Positions 1 through 10,287 of a stretch of 64,000 nt of DNA are shown in pieces. A program made the position numbers and the translations under genes. The notes below the pieces were generated by a model. The model saw only the letters and a program-made list of their open reading frames with translations, was not told where the DNA came from and searched no databases. Numbering within the stretch: position 1 is the first letter of the stretch; the number at the start of each line of letters is the position of its first letter. Origin of the DNA: an uncultured bacterium (GTDB lineage: Bacteria; Fidelibacterota; Marinisomatia; Marinisomatales; UBA1611); NCBI GenBank assembly GCA_965660855.1, contig CBFIBM010000001.1, positions 160,001 through 224,000 of the forward strand. The letters are read 5' to 3'.

Positions 1-1
1 A

Positions 2-2953
2 AATAATAATTTTATTCCAATAACTAAATGGCTGTTACTAAATAGAATTTTATGGATAAGTATCGGATTTGTTTTTATAATAATAGGATTATGGAAATTT
101 GATTTTAAGCACCCAAATCCTGGGAAAGTGAAAAAAGAGAAAATCAATAAAAGTGTCCAAAAAGAACAAGCCAAATTAAAAACAATCTCCATTGCTTTTA
201 GTCCAGTATTTGACGGGAAAACTTTATGGATTCAGTTTATAACTCAAATCCGCATTGAGATTAAACGTGCTTTTCGTGATCCCTATTTTATAGCTATTGC
301 AGGTACTGCAGTAGGATTTTTAATCTTGAATGGTCAATCTATTGGACGTTGGAATGGCGTGAATACACTTCCTTTAACTAATGTAGTTGCAGGTTCATTA
401 AGTGCAGCATTTTCTTTATTTATGATTATTTTAATTACATTTTATGCAGGACAAATTATTTGGAGGGAACGTGAAATAAAGGCAAACCAAATTATGGATT
501 CTCTCCCTATACCGAACTGGATTCCAATGTTATCCAAACTAGTTGCTTTAATATTAATTCCTGGAATAATGCTATTTTTACTGATGCTTATCGGAATTGG
601 AATACAAACATGGAAAGGTTTTTATGATTATGAATTACATCTCTATATAAAAAAGTTATTTCTTCTCGATTGGACAAACTATGCTTTATTGTGCGTTTTA
701 GCATTTGCAATTCAGGTAATTGTAAATCATAAGTATTTAGGACATTTTGTGATGATACTTTATTTTTTATTTGGAATGTTTTCTGGCCAAATGGGACTTG
801 ATCATACTTTATATGATTATGGTTCTGGATCTGGAGCTCCTTATTCGGATATGAATGGATTCGAGCCTTATGTTTGGAAACTTTTATGGTACAAAGCATA
901 CTGGTTCTCTTTTGCAATATTACTAATTATAATAAGTAATCTATTTTGGAGTAGGGGCCTAACTGAAAGTTATAATACCCGTTGGAATCATAGTAAAAAA
1001 CGAGTTAATGGTTTGTTAAAAAATGGATTAATATTTTTTAGTTTTTTATTTTTAAGTATTGGAAGTTTTATTTTTTACAATACTAATATTTTAAATCAAT
1101 ATCATCAACCAAAATATTGGGATAATTTTTCTGCTGAATATGAAAAAAAGTACAAAAAATTTAATAATGTGTCTCAACCAAAAATAACAGGAGTAAGTGG
1201 AGAGGTTAACTTATTTCCCAAGGAGTCTAGATTAGAATTTTCTGGAAAATATCAGTTGAAAAATAAAACAGGAGATATTATTGATACCGTCCATTCTAAT
1301 TTTAATAGAAAGTTTCCATATGCAGTTTATTCCTGGTCAAGGAAAAATGAATTAGTAATTACTGATAGTTCCTACGGGTGGAACATGTTTGTTTTTGATC
1401 CCCCTATATTGCCAGGAGAAGAATTTTCTCTTGAATTCTCTGGATTTCAAAAACGTACTGGCTTTTCTAATAGTGGCGTCGACAGAACAGTTATTGAAAA
1501 TGGAACTATGATTTGGAGTAATCAATTATTTCCTTCGTTTGGATATAATCCTGATCGTGAATTAAGAAGTAAGCGAGTGAGAAAAAAATATGGTCTTTCA
1601 GAAAATCAGGATCCAATGTTAAAATTTGATGACATTAATGGTAATAAGGATGGTATACTGGGTAATGATGCGGACTGGGTAAATTTTGAGATGATTATTA
1701 GTACTGATTTAGATCAAATTGCTATGACCCCCGGCTATATTCAAAGAGAATGGGTCGAAAATGATAGACGTTATTTCCATTATAAAATGGATCAAAAAAT
1801 TCATAACCTTTTCGCATTTGTTTCTGCGAGGTATGAAATACTTCAAGAAACATGGAATGGTATCAGTTTAGAAGTGTATTACCATTATAAACATGATTAT
1901 AATATTGATAAAATGATGGAAGGTATGAAAAAATCATTAGAATACTATTCTGAGCTATATGGTCCATATCCTTACAAGCAATGTCGAATTCTGGAAATAC
2001 CTAGATATGCAAGTTATGCGGCCTCGTTCCCCAATACAATTCCATTTTCTGAATCAGTAGGTTTTGTTATGGACGTTGATCCTGAGGATCCAGAAGACTT
2101 AGATATGCCATTTTGGGTAACTGCACATGAAATGGGACATCAGTGGTGGCCTCATCAAGTTTCAGGAGGAAATGTGCAAGGTTCTGCTTTTTTAAGTGAA
2201 GGCTTATCTGAGTACTCTGCTGTTGCACTCTTAGCAAAAGAAAAAGGTGAAAAACAACTTAGAAAGTTTCTCAAATATGAACTGGATCAGTATTTAGAGG
2301 GACGGGCTTTTGAACAAAAGTATGAACCTTCAATTATCCAAGCGGAGGGACAGTCTTATATACATTATAACAAAGCAGGTTTAACTATGTATACATTGTC
2401 AGATTTTATTGGTAAAGATATTTTTAATAAAGCGCTGGGTAATTTTATTGAAAAATATAGATATAAATCAGATCCTTATCCGAATATTGGACAATTTATA
2501 AATAGTATTAGACGTGAGTCACCTGAGGATCTTCAGTATTTGATTACGGATACATTTGAAAAAATCACACTTTATGAAAATAAAGCGATAAGTGCTTCTG
2601 CTATTTTGAATAGTGACAGTACATATACCGTAGATGTTGAAGTGGAAGCAAAAAAAGTATATTCTGATAGTTTAGGAATTCAAACTAATGCAGGACTTAA
2701 TGATTGGCTAGAAATTGGTATTCTAGGAGAATTCTTAATAAATGGCAAAATAGAAGAACTCCCTATATACTTAGAAAAAGTTTTTATTACTGATTCTATC
2801 ACAGCATTTCAGGTAAATGTAAAAGAAAAGCCTGTTAAAGCAGGAATTGACCCAATGAATAAATTTGTGGATCGAGATTCAGATGATAACCTAATAAGGG
2901 TTAGTATTAATAAAACTGATTTTAATGAAAAAGAGGAAATTTTCGAAAATTAA
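2..2953 (+). CDS. ABC-2-type permease / M1 aminopeptidase fusion protein, 5'-truncated by the window edge
   Basis: Frame is open from position 2 (NNNFIPITKWLLLNRILWISIG...) into the 128..2953 ORF. Multi-TM N-terminal half; C-terminal HEMGH...E zinc motif (AHEMGHQWW...LSEGLSEY). Confidence 0.85.
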   Translation, partial: NNNFIPITKWLLLNRILWISIGFVFIIIGLWKFDFKHPNPGKVKKEKINKSVQKEQAKLKTISIAFSPVFDGKTLWIQFITQIRIEIKRAFRDPYFIAIAGTAVGFLILNGQSIGRWNGVNTLPLTNVVAGSLSAAFSLFMIILITFYAGQIIWREREIKANQIMDSLPIPNWIPMLSKLVALILIPGIMLFLLMLIGIGIQTWKGFYDYELHLYIKKLFLLDWTNYALLCVLAFAIQVIVNHKYLGHFVMILYFLFGMFSGQMGLDHTLYDYGSGSGAPYSDMNGFEPYVWKLLWYKAYWFSFAILLIIISNLFWSRGLTESYNTRWNHSKKRVNGLLKNGLIFFSFLFLSIGSFIFYNTNILNQYHQPKYWDNFSAEYEKKYKKFNNVSQPKITGVSGEVNLFPKESRLEFSGKYQLKNKTGDIIDTVHSNFNRKFPYAVYSWSRKNELVITDSSYGWNMFVFDPPILPGEEFSLEFSGFQKRTGFSNSGVDRTVIENGTMIWSNQLFPSFGYNPDRELRSKRVRKKYGLSENQDPMLKFDDINGNKDGILGNDADWVNFEMIISTDLDQIAMTPGYIQREWVENDRRYFHYKMDQKIHNLFAFVSARYEILQETWNGISLEVYYHYKHDYNIDKMMEGMKKSLEYYSELYGPYPYKQCRILEIPRYASYAASFPNTIPFSESVGFVMDVDPEDPEDLDMPFWVTAHEMGHQWWPHQVSGGNVQGSAFLSEGLSEYSAVALLAKEKGEKQLRKFLKYELDQYLEGRAFEQKYEPSIIQAEGQSYIHYNKAGLTMYTLSDFIGKDIFNKALGNFIEKYRYKSDPYPNIGQFINSIRRESPEDLQYLITDTFEKITLYENKAISASAILNSDSTYTVDVEVEAKKVYSDSLGIQTNAGLNDWLEIGILGEFLINGKIEELPIYLEKVFITDSITAFQVNVKEKPVKAGIDPMNKFVDRDSDDNLIRVSINKTDFNEKEEIFEN

Positions 2954-3127
2954 TTCGCCAAAGTCTTGAAAATGATGATATGATGTTAAATGTTCTAGAT
3001 GATACTGACCAAGGTCGAGGTCAGACAATTATAAAAAAAGAAATTGCAAAGAAATTTGGTGGTGATGTCCAAGAAAAAAACCATGAATATTGTCAATGGT
3101 GAATTTAAAAGAGAATGGCGCGGATGA
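2953..3127 (+). pseudogene. Possible 3' gene remnant with a frameshift in an A7 run
   Basis: Reads IRQSLENDDMMLNVLDDTDQGRGQTIIKKEIAKKFGGDVQEK, then in a shifted frame TMNIVNGEFKREWRG-stop. Coding-like composition; family not recognised. Confidence 0.3.
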
Positions 3128-3196
3128 TAATTTTATGTTTGTAATAACTAAAAAAGATAAAACTAAAAATTTCATAAACTATATTCGTTTTTAATC

Positions 3197-4054
3197 TTGA
3201 ATCTTCTTTTCATTTTTTTTCAATATATAGTACCTCAACACCTTCTGTCTCGTTTAGTTGGCAGAATTGCTAAGAGTAATAATGTAAAAATAAAGAATGC
3301 TTTGATATCATATTTTTTAAAAAATTATGATATCAATATGCAAGAAGCTGAAGTTGAGAACGCTTTTGAATTCAAGACTTTTAATCAATTTTTTACTAGA
3401 AAATTAAAAAAAGAAGTGCGTCCAATTTCTTCAGGAAACAGTGTGGTCGTTTCACCTGCAGATGGTGTAGTTAGTCAAATTGGATTTATTAAAAACGGTG
3501 AAGTCTTCCAGGCAAAAGGGAGACGTTTTAGCTTACATGATTTTCTTGGAGGAGATAAAAAAATATCTGAAATGTTCATAAATGGCTCCTTTTCAACAAT
3601 TTATTTATCACCAAAGGACTATCATCGTATTCATATGCCATTTCCAGGAACTCTTCGGAGTATGGATTATATACCTGGAAATTTATTTTCTGTTAACCCT
3701 GTTACTGTTGAAAGTGTCGATAATCTCTTTGCTCGTAATGAGCGATTATCCTGTGTTTTTGTAACAAAGGACGGTCCTATGGCAGTAGTATTAGTGGGAG
3801 CTATGATTGTTGCTGGTATTCGAGTGATTTGGGAGAAGAATCCTTTCATAAAAAATAAAAAAATACAGCATTTTAAATACCCATTAAAAGGTCAAGGGTC
3901 TGTTCACCTTAAAAAAGGTGATGAGCTAGGACGATTTATGTTAGGCTCAACCGTAGTAATTTGTTTCCCAAAAAATAAAGTTAATTGGATTGAAGACATA
4001 CATTCAAATTCTTCTTTAAAAATGGGAGAGCCAATTGCAAAATTTGAACATTAA
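3197..4054 (+). CDS. psd: Phosphatidylserine decarboxylase proenzyme
   Basis: FNQFFTRKLK, SPADG, YLSPKDYHRIHMP, NERL and the LGST autocleavage motif. Confidence 0.95.
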   Translation: MNLLFIFFQYIVPQHLLSRLVGRIAKSNNVKIKNALISYFLKNYDINMQEAEVENAFEFKTFNQFFTRKLKKEVRPISSGNSVVVSPADGVVSQIGFIKNGEVFQAKGRRFSLHDFLGGDKKISEMFINGSFSTIYLSPKDYHRIHMPFPGTLRSMDYIPGNLFSVNPVTVESVDNLFARNERLSCVFVTKDGPMAVVLVGAMIVAGIRVIWEKNPFIKNKKIQHFKYPLKGQGSVHLKKGDELGRFMLGSTVVICFPKNKVNWIEDIHSNSSLKMGEPIAKFEH

Positions 4055-4058
4055 CCTA

Positions 4059-4886
4059 TTAGCTTAGTTTTCCATTCTTATAGTCTTCGAAAGCTTGTAG
4101 AATTTCTGTTTTTGTGTTCATAACAAATGGGCCACCTCTTGCTACTGGCTCATTCAATGGTTCTCCTCCAACTAGAATAAATTTACTATCTTCGTTCGCT
4201 TTACAATAAAAGTCTCCAGTTGATCCAAGCACTGCAAGATACCCTTTTTTTATAGATCCATTACAATAAATTTCTCCATCATAAACATAAAAAAAACTAT
4301 TCCAATTTTTGTCAATAGAAAGTCTTAACGATGAATCTTTTTCTAAGAAAATATCATAAAAAAACATTGGTGAATGCGGTTTTCCAGGACCGACTTTTCC
4401 ATCAAATGCTCCAGCTATAATTTTAACAATTCCTCCTGATATTTTCTTTTTTGGTATATTAATTGCAGGTATGTCATGATATGCTGGGTTCATCATTTTA
4501 TTCTTTTTTGGGAGATTTAACCATAATTGGAACCCGTGGATAAGACCTTCAGTTTGTTCTGGCATTTCACTGTGGATTACACCTTTACCGGCTGTCATCC
4601 ATTGTACTGAACCATCTGTTAAAAAACCTTCATTTCCTGCTGTATCTTTATGCTTAAATTTTCCATTAATCATATAAGTAATCGTTTCAAAACCTCTATG
4701 TGGATGAGGGGGAAACCCTCCAATATAATCATCTGGATTTTCACTTCCAAACTCATCAAGAAGTAGAAATGGATCCAACATATCTAACTCAGGAGATGCG
4801 ATAATACGTTTAAGGTTTACTCCAGCACCATCGCTGGTTTCTACTCCTTTTACTAGCTTTTCTACTTTTCGCAAACCGAATTTCAT
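4059..4886 (-). CDS. Pirin family protein
   Basis: DPFLLLD, GFPPHPHRGFETITY, QWMTAGKGVIHSEMP, QLWLNLP, GPFVMN. Confidence 0.95.
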   Translation of the reverse strand: MKFGLRKVEKLVKGVETSDGAGVNLKRIIASPELDMLDPFLLLDEFGSENPDDYIGGFPPHPHRGFETITYMINGKFKHKDTAGNEGFLTDGSVQWMTAGKGVIHSEMPEQTEGLIHGFQLWLNLPKKNKMMNPAYHDIPAINIPKKKISGGIVKIIAGAFDGKVGPGKPHSPMFFYDIFLEKDSSLRLSIDKNWNSFFYVYDGEIYCNGSIKKGYLAVLGSTGDFYCKANEDSKFILVGGEPLNEPVARGGPFVMNTKTEILQAFEDYKNGKLS

Positions 4887-5001
4887 TATCTAAAATAAAC
4901 AATATTTATGGTTTTTTATAAATTGATTTTTATTAACTGTTGTTAATTTTTTTGAGGTGTAATTTCAACAGTACATATAAATTAAATATAAATCACTAAA
5001 T

Positions 5002-8000
5002 ATGAGAAAAACCTTAACTATAACTCTTGCTTCCCTTATCTCAATTTGTTTTTCACAAATTATTAATGTAGGTAGTGGAAGTTACACATTAAATTTTCCA
5101 GGAACTGATGAAGCGGGGAGAAATGGTTATCCATCTGGAGAACCACAAATAACTGGTCCAGCATCATCAAAGCATCCTCCGACTAATGACTGGTGGTCAG
5201 CTCTTATAAAAAATGATCATGTAAGTAACCTTTTCAATTACCCGATGGCATTAAAGACTACAAATCAAGGATTGGTAACAAGTTACATACCATGGGGTGT
5301 GTATGATGATCAAGAGCCCATTATAGTTGGTGTTTCTGGGTTGAATTCCAGCAGGTCTAATATTTATGATTTTACAGATTGGACGGTAACCATGCAATGG
5401 AGTAATAACGGTCATAATTTTAGAGCTACTTCAGGGATTGGTATGCCATTTGTATATTATACTAAAGGGAATAGTGATGTAGCTGAGATAACTATTAATC
5501 TAGGTGATATTGTGGTTGATGATGAAAAAATTCTGGTATCTAATGCAAGAAATGATGCAGATTTTATAATTTTTGCTCCTATCGGAAGTAGTTGGGATCA
5601 GAATGGAACAAAATTTACATCAGATTTAAATGGAGAAAATTATTGGTCGCTTGTTATGATTCCTCAATCAGAAGATAATTTAAATTATTTTGCTCAAGAA
5701 TATCAAAAATATGCTTATGTATTTCCAACCAATACGATTACAAATTGGTCTTACAATCAAAGTACGTCAGAATTAATAACAGAATATTCAATTGAAGTCG
5801 ATATAAAAGAAGGATCTTTTAATCATGTTCTTCAAGGATTACTACCACATCAATGGAATAATTTAGACTCTGATTCACCAACTCCTAATGAAATAAGTTA
5901 TTCATCAGTGAGGGGAGAGTTGAAAATGCTTGATGGTAATTTTTTTAAAACAAAAAATATTTTCAAAGGAATACTACCAACTTTACCTTATTTAGCTAAT
6001 TACAGTTCTGGATTTAATCCTGCAGAGTTAGATAATAAAATTTCACAAATTCAGAATGATCAATTAGCAACTTGGACGGATTCCTATAATGAAGGACAGG
6101 TGATGAATAGATTAGTTCAAACTGCTAGGATTGCTGATCAATCTGGTGATTTTGAAGCTCGCGATATAATGGTAGAGACCATAAAAGATAGGCTAGAAGA
6201 TTGGCTTACTGCTAGTAATTCAGAGGTCGCATTCTTATTCTATTACAACTCAACATGGTCAACTTTGATTGGATATCCTGCTGGACACGGACAAGATAAC
6301 AATATAAATGATCATCATTTTCACTGGGGATATTTTATTCATGCCGCCTCTTTCATAGAGCAAATGCAACCAGGTTGGGCCCTTGAATGGGGTGATATGG
6401 TAAATGAATTGGTCTGGGATGCTGCATCTCCTTTTAGAGAGGATCCAAAATATCCCTATCTTAGAAGTTTTAGTCCATATTCTGGTCATTGTTGGGCCAA
6501 TGGGTTTGCAACATTTCCTCAAGGTAATGATCAAGAATCTACCTCTGAAAGCATGCAATTTAATTCCGCTTTAATACATTGGGGGTCATTAACTGAAAAT
6601 AATATAATTCGAGATTTAGGAATATATCTTTACGTAACTGAACAGACTGCAGTTGAGGAATATTGGTTTGATATGTATGAAAGAAATCTAAGTCCATCAC
6701 ATCCATACAGCTTAGTATCCAGAGTTTGGGGAAACTCATACGATAATGGTACATTTTGGACTAATGATATTGCAGCTTCGTACGGCATCGAATTATATCC
6801 CATTCATGGCGGTTCTCTCTATTTAGCTCACAACAGCTCATATGTAGAAACTTTGTGGGAAGAAATTTCAACCAATACTGGTATTTTAAACAATGAAGTA
6901 AATCCTAATTTATGGCATGATGTATACTGGAAGTATCTATCATTTATTGATCCAGAGACTGCAATAGAATTATACAACTCAAACCCTGATAGAGAATTGA
7001 AATTTGGTATATCAGATGCGCAGACGTATTACTGGTTACATGGGATGAATGCAGTTGGAGCATTGAGACCTGAAATTTATTCTAACTATCCAATTTCGGC
7101 TTCTTTTGATAAAGAAGGTGTATTCACCTATGTTGCTCATAATTATTCTGATGAAGAGATAACGGTTACTTTTTCTGATGGATTTCAATTAGATGTTCCA
7201 CCAAACCAAATGTCTACAAATCGTGGATCTGATATTTCTGGAATTATATCATCAGATTTCTCCCAAGCTTATGTAAATGGATCAATTAATGTAACTATTG
7301 TGTCTGATTATGAAAATATTTCAAGAGTTGAAATTTATGATGGTGAAAACCTAGCTGGAGAAACTGGAAGTTATCCATTTGAATACCGTGTTTCAAACCT
7401 ATCTCCGGGTCTACATAATATCTATGCAAAAATATTTAGTGGAAATGATTTTGGACTTACGAACATTATTAATATTCAGGTTGGTGAACAAAGTTCTTAC
7501 ACAAATGATTTTAATATAATACCAGGAATCATTGAAGCAGGGAAATATGATACTTTTGAGGGTAGTGTTGGGCAGGGTGTTACATATTTAGATATGTCTC
7601 AAGAAAATTATGGAGGATTTAGACCTCAAGAATATATAGATAGTGAGTATCGTAATAATGAAGGTGCTACTCTAGGATGGATTGATGGTGGAGAGTGGTC
7701 AGAATATAGCATTAAAGTAGAAAATGCTGGATTTTATGATATTGCATTCAGACTAGCCTCTGGAAATCCCAATGGTGGTGGTCCTTTTCATTTAGAAGTT
7801 AATAGTGAAAGATTACATGACGATATCTACATAGAATCAACTGGTGATTGGTATAACTGGATAACATACAATATAGGAGATATTCCTCTAAACCAAGGGG
7901 AGCATACACTAAGATTGGTTATGTCAAATGGTGAATTTAATATTGGTAAAATGCAATTCAGTTTTAGCGATTCTTTAAATTTTTCACCACCTGTAGCTAA

Positions 8001-9147
8001 TGCAGGTGAAGACATTGTTGTTATACTTCCAAATCAAAATGCATTTTTAGACGGATCACTTTCTTTTGATAATGATAATGATAATCTTATTTATAACTGG
8101 GCTCAAATTTACGGACCTTCGTTGGTAGCTTTTTCTAATAATTCATCAATGGATACAGATATTTCTAATTTGGAAGAGGGAGTGTATAAAATTAAGTTGA
8201 CAGTAACAGATGGCTCTTATGATTCAAGTGATTTTTTATTAGTTTTTGTTTCTGCGACATCTAATCTTGCTCCAACTGTGGTACTCGAATCTCCAAGTTC
8301 AAATTCATCATTTTATTTCGGATCAACAATATCCTTAATCGCATCAGCTTCAGATATTGATGGTGAAATTACATTGGTCGAATTTTTTAATTTTGAAAAT
8401 AAAATAGGTGAAGATTATACTCCTCCTTATCAATATGATTGGCTAGATGCAAATATTGGTGTTCAAAATATTACTGCTCATGCAACTGATGATGGTGGTC
8501 TTACTTCAATATCATCTACTATAAATATAGAAGTTTTAGAAGCACCTTTATGTACTGGTGGCCCTGATAACGGGCATTATACATATGAATTTTCGGATGA
8601 TTCTGATAATCCGACAATTACATTTATTCCTAGTGCACCGCATGTTGGTAATCCAACATGTATATTATATTATTCAACTGGTGGTACCCCACCAGGATAC
8701 AATGTTACGCCAAATGTCCCCTATCAAATTAATGCAGCAGAAGGAGATCAAATCCAATTTTATTATACATATTCTTATAATGGTTTAGATCAAAATACTT
8801 CACAAAATATGCATTCCTACATTGTCGGAAGTTGTAACACTCTTGAAAATGAACATGAAAATAATATCCCAGATCAATTTTCAATAAAAGCTTATCCAAA
8901 TCCCTTCAATCCTTCTATTAACATTGATTATTCATTAAATGAATTAACCTTTATTGACATATCCATTTATGATATAAAAGGACAATTAATTAAAAATTTA
9001 GTAAATGAAACTAAATCACCCGGTTTTTATCATTGTTCTTGGGATTCAAAAAATAATATTGGCAATAGAGTTTCGGCAGGGCTTTATCTAATAAATACTA
9101 GGACTAAACACACCTTGGAAACAAAAAAGATAATTTTAGTAAAATAA
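5002..9147 (+). CDS. Secreted GH81 endo-beta-1,3-glucanase with Ig-like, CBM6-like and PKD modules and a C-terminal sorting domain
   Basis: Signal peptide; PTNDWW, NDHHFHWGY and QESTSES GH81 motifs; GWIDGGEWSEY...TGDW (CBM6-like); PVANAGED (PKD); C-terminal AYPNPFNP...SAGLY...KKIILVK. Confidence 0.88.
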   Translation: MRKTLTITLASLISICFSQIINVGSGSYTLNFPGTDEAGRNGYPSGEPQITGPASSKHPPTNDWWSALIKNDHVSNLFNYPMALKTTNQGLVTSYIPWGVYDDQEPIIVGVSGLNSSRSNIYDFTDWTVTMQWSNNGHNFRATSGIGMPFVYYTKGNSDVAEITINLGDIVVDDEKILVSNARNDADFIIFAPIGSSWDQNGTKFTSDLNGENYWSLVMIPQSEDNLNYFAQEYQKYAYVFPTNTITNWSYNQSTSELITEYSIEVDIKEGSFNHVLQGLLPHQWNNLDSDSPTPNEISYSSVRGELKMLDGNFFKTKNIFKGILPTLPYLANYSSGFNPAELDNKISQIQNDQLATWTDSYNEGQVMNRLVQTARIADQSGDFEARDIMVETIKDRLEDWLTASNSEVAFLFYYNSTWSTLIGYPAGHGQDNNINDHHFHWGYFIHAASFIEQMQPGWALEWGDMVNELVWDAASPFREDPKYPYLRSFSPYSGHCWANGFATFPQGNDQESTSESMQFNSALIHWGSLTENNIIRDLGIYLYVTEQTAVEEYWFDMYERNLSPSHPYSLVSRVWGNSYDNGTFWTNDIAASYGIELYPIHGGSLYLAHNSSYVETLWEEISTNTGILNNEVNPNLWHDVYWKYLSFIDPETAIELYNSNPDRELKFGISDAQTYYWLHGMNAVGALRPEIYSNYPISASFDKEGVFTYVAHNYSDEEITVTFSDGFQLDVPPNQMSTNRGSDISGIISSDFSQAYVNGSINVTIVSDYENISRVEIYDGENLAGETGSYPFEYRVSNLSPGLHNIYAKIFSGNDFGLTNIINIQVGEQSSYTNDFNIIPGIIEAGKYDTFEGSVGQGVTYLDMSQENYGGFRPQEYIDSEYRNNEGATLGWIDGGEWSEYSIKVENAGFYDIAFRLASGNPNGGGPFHLEVNSERLHDDIYIESTGDWYNWITYNIGDIPLNQGEHTLRLVMSNGEFNIGKMQFSFSDSLNFSPPVANAGEDIVVILPNQNAFLDGSLSFDNDNDNLIYNWAQIYGPSLVAFSNNSSMDTDISNLEEGVYKIKLTVTDGSYDSSDFLLVFVSATSNLAPTVVLESPSSNSSFYFGSTISLIASASDIDGEITLVEFFNFENKIGEDYTPPYQYDWLDANIGVQNITAHATDDGGLTSISSTINIEVLEAPLCTGGPDNGHYTYEFSDDSDNPTITFIPSAPHVGNPTCILYYSTGGTPPGYNVTPNVPYQINAAEGDQIQFYYTYSYNGLDQNTSQNMHSYIVGSCNTLENEHENNIPDQFSIKAYPNPFNPSINIDYSLNELTFIDISIYDIKGQLIKNLVNETKSPGFYHCSWDSKNNIGNRVSAGLYLINTRTKHTLETKKIILVK

Positions 9148-9244
9148 TATATAACTTATTATCAATTTTTTCGAATTTCATCAATCCTTAAGTTTAGATA
9201 CTTTTCAATGGGCTCAGGTTGCTTTTTGCGCAATCGGTATTGGT

Positions 9245-9931
9245 ATGGCAAAAACAGGGCTAGGAGGAATTGGACTTTTAGTTGTACCTATTATGGCTTC
9301 AATTTTTGGAGCTAAGTCTTCCACTGGAATTTTACTTATTATTTTAATAATTGCTGATTTTTTTGGAGTAACATATTATCATCAACATGCTGATCTTAAA
9401 AAATTAATAAAACTAATTCCAAGTACCATATTAGGTATCATATTTGCTGTTTTTATGGGTAATTATATAAATGAAAATCAATTTAAAATATTTTTAGCAT
9501 TAATTGTTTTGTTGGGAATAATTTTAATGTTTTTTAATAGTGAAAATGAAAAAAAAAATCCAAAAGAAAAGAATATATTCATAACAAGTTTTTTTGGAAT
9601 ATTAGGTGGTTTATCTACCATGATAGGGAATGCCGCTGGACCAGTAATGACAATTTATTTTTTATCAATGGGTTTTCAAAAAAATAAATTTATAGGCACA
9701 GCAGCATGGTTTTTTTTAATAGTAAATTTATTTAAAGTGCCTTTTCATTTTATATTCTGGAATACGATAAACTTTCAAATATTATTTTTTGGAATTTCGT
9801 GTCTACCTCTAATAGTGATTGGTGCTTACTCTGGAATATTTATTGTAAAGAGAATACCTGAAAACCCATACAGGTTATTTTTAATAGTATCAGTTGTATT
9901 ATCTGCTTTGAAATTAATATTTATATTTTAA
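9245..9931 (+). CDS. Sulfite exporter TauE/SafE family membrane protein; true start probably upstream near 9158
   Basis: AKTGLGG, GGLSTMIGNAAGP, FIGTAAWFFLIVNLFKVPF; highly hydrophobic. Confidence 0.85.
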   Translation: MAKTGLGGIGLLVVPIMASIFGAKSSTGILLIILIIADFFGVTYYHQHADLKKLIKLIPSTILGIIFAVFMGNYINENQFKIFLALIVLLGIILMFFNSENEKKNPKEKNIFITSFFGILGGLSTMIGNAAGPVMTIYFLSMGFQKNKFIGTAAWFFLIVNLFKVPFHFIFWNTINFQILFFGISCLPLIVIGAYSGIFIVKRIPENPYRLFLIVSVVLSALKLIFIF

Positions 9932-9992
9932 TTATTACTTTATTCAAAATGTGAAGTGAAATATTTAATTATATTTAAAAAATGAAAGAACA

Positions 9993-10226
9993 ATGAAAAT
10001 TAAACTAGGATATATTTGTATAGGAATTAGCGCATTATTATATATAGTATTATTTGCAGTACCATTTATAGGTTTATTTTCAAACTTTAAAATTATAGCT
10101 GGAACAATATTTTATGTGATGAGTTATATTTTCATGTTTTTAGGCTTTTGGTTATTAGGAAAAGATTTAGCTCGTAAAATCAAAGATAAATTTTTGAATA
10201 TTTTTAGGAAAAAGAAGGAAGAGTGA
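9993..10226 (+). CDS. Small two-TM membrane protein
   Basis: Two hydrophobic helices and a basic tail; fills the gap between co-oriented genes. Confidence 0.7.
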   Translation: MKIKLGYICIGISALLYIVLFAVPFIGLFSNFKIIAGTIFYVMSYIFMFLGFWLLGKDLARKIKDKFLNIFRKKKEE

Positions 10227-10287
10227 GTTTTAGTTATCTTATTCAAAAACTAGAGAATTTCATTCAAAATATTAAGATATTATTTAA

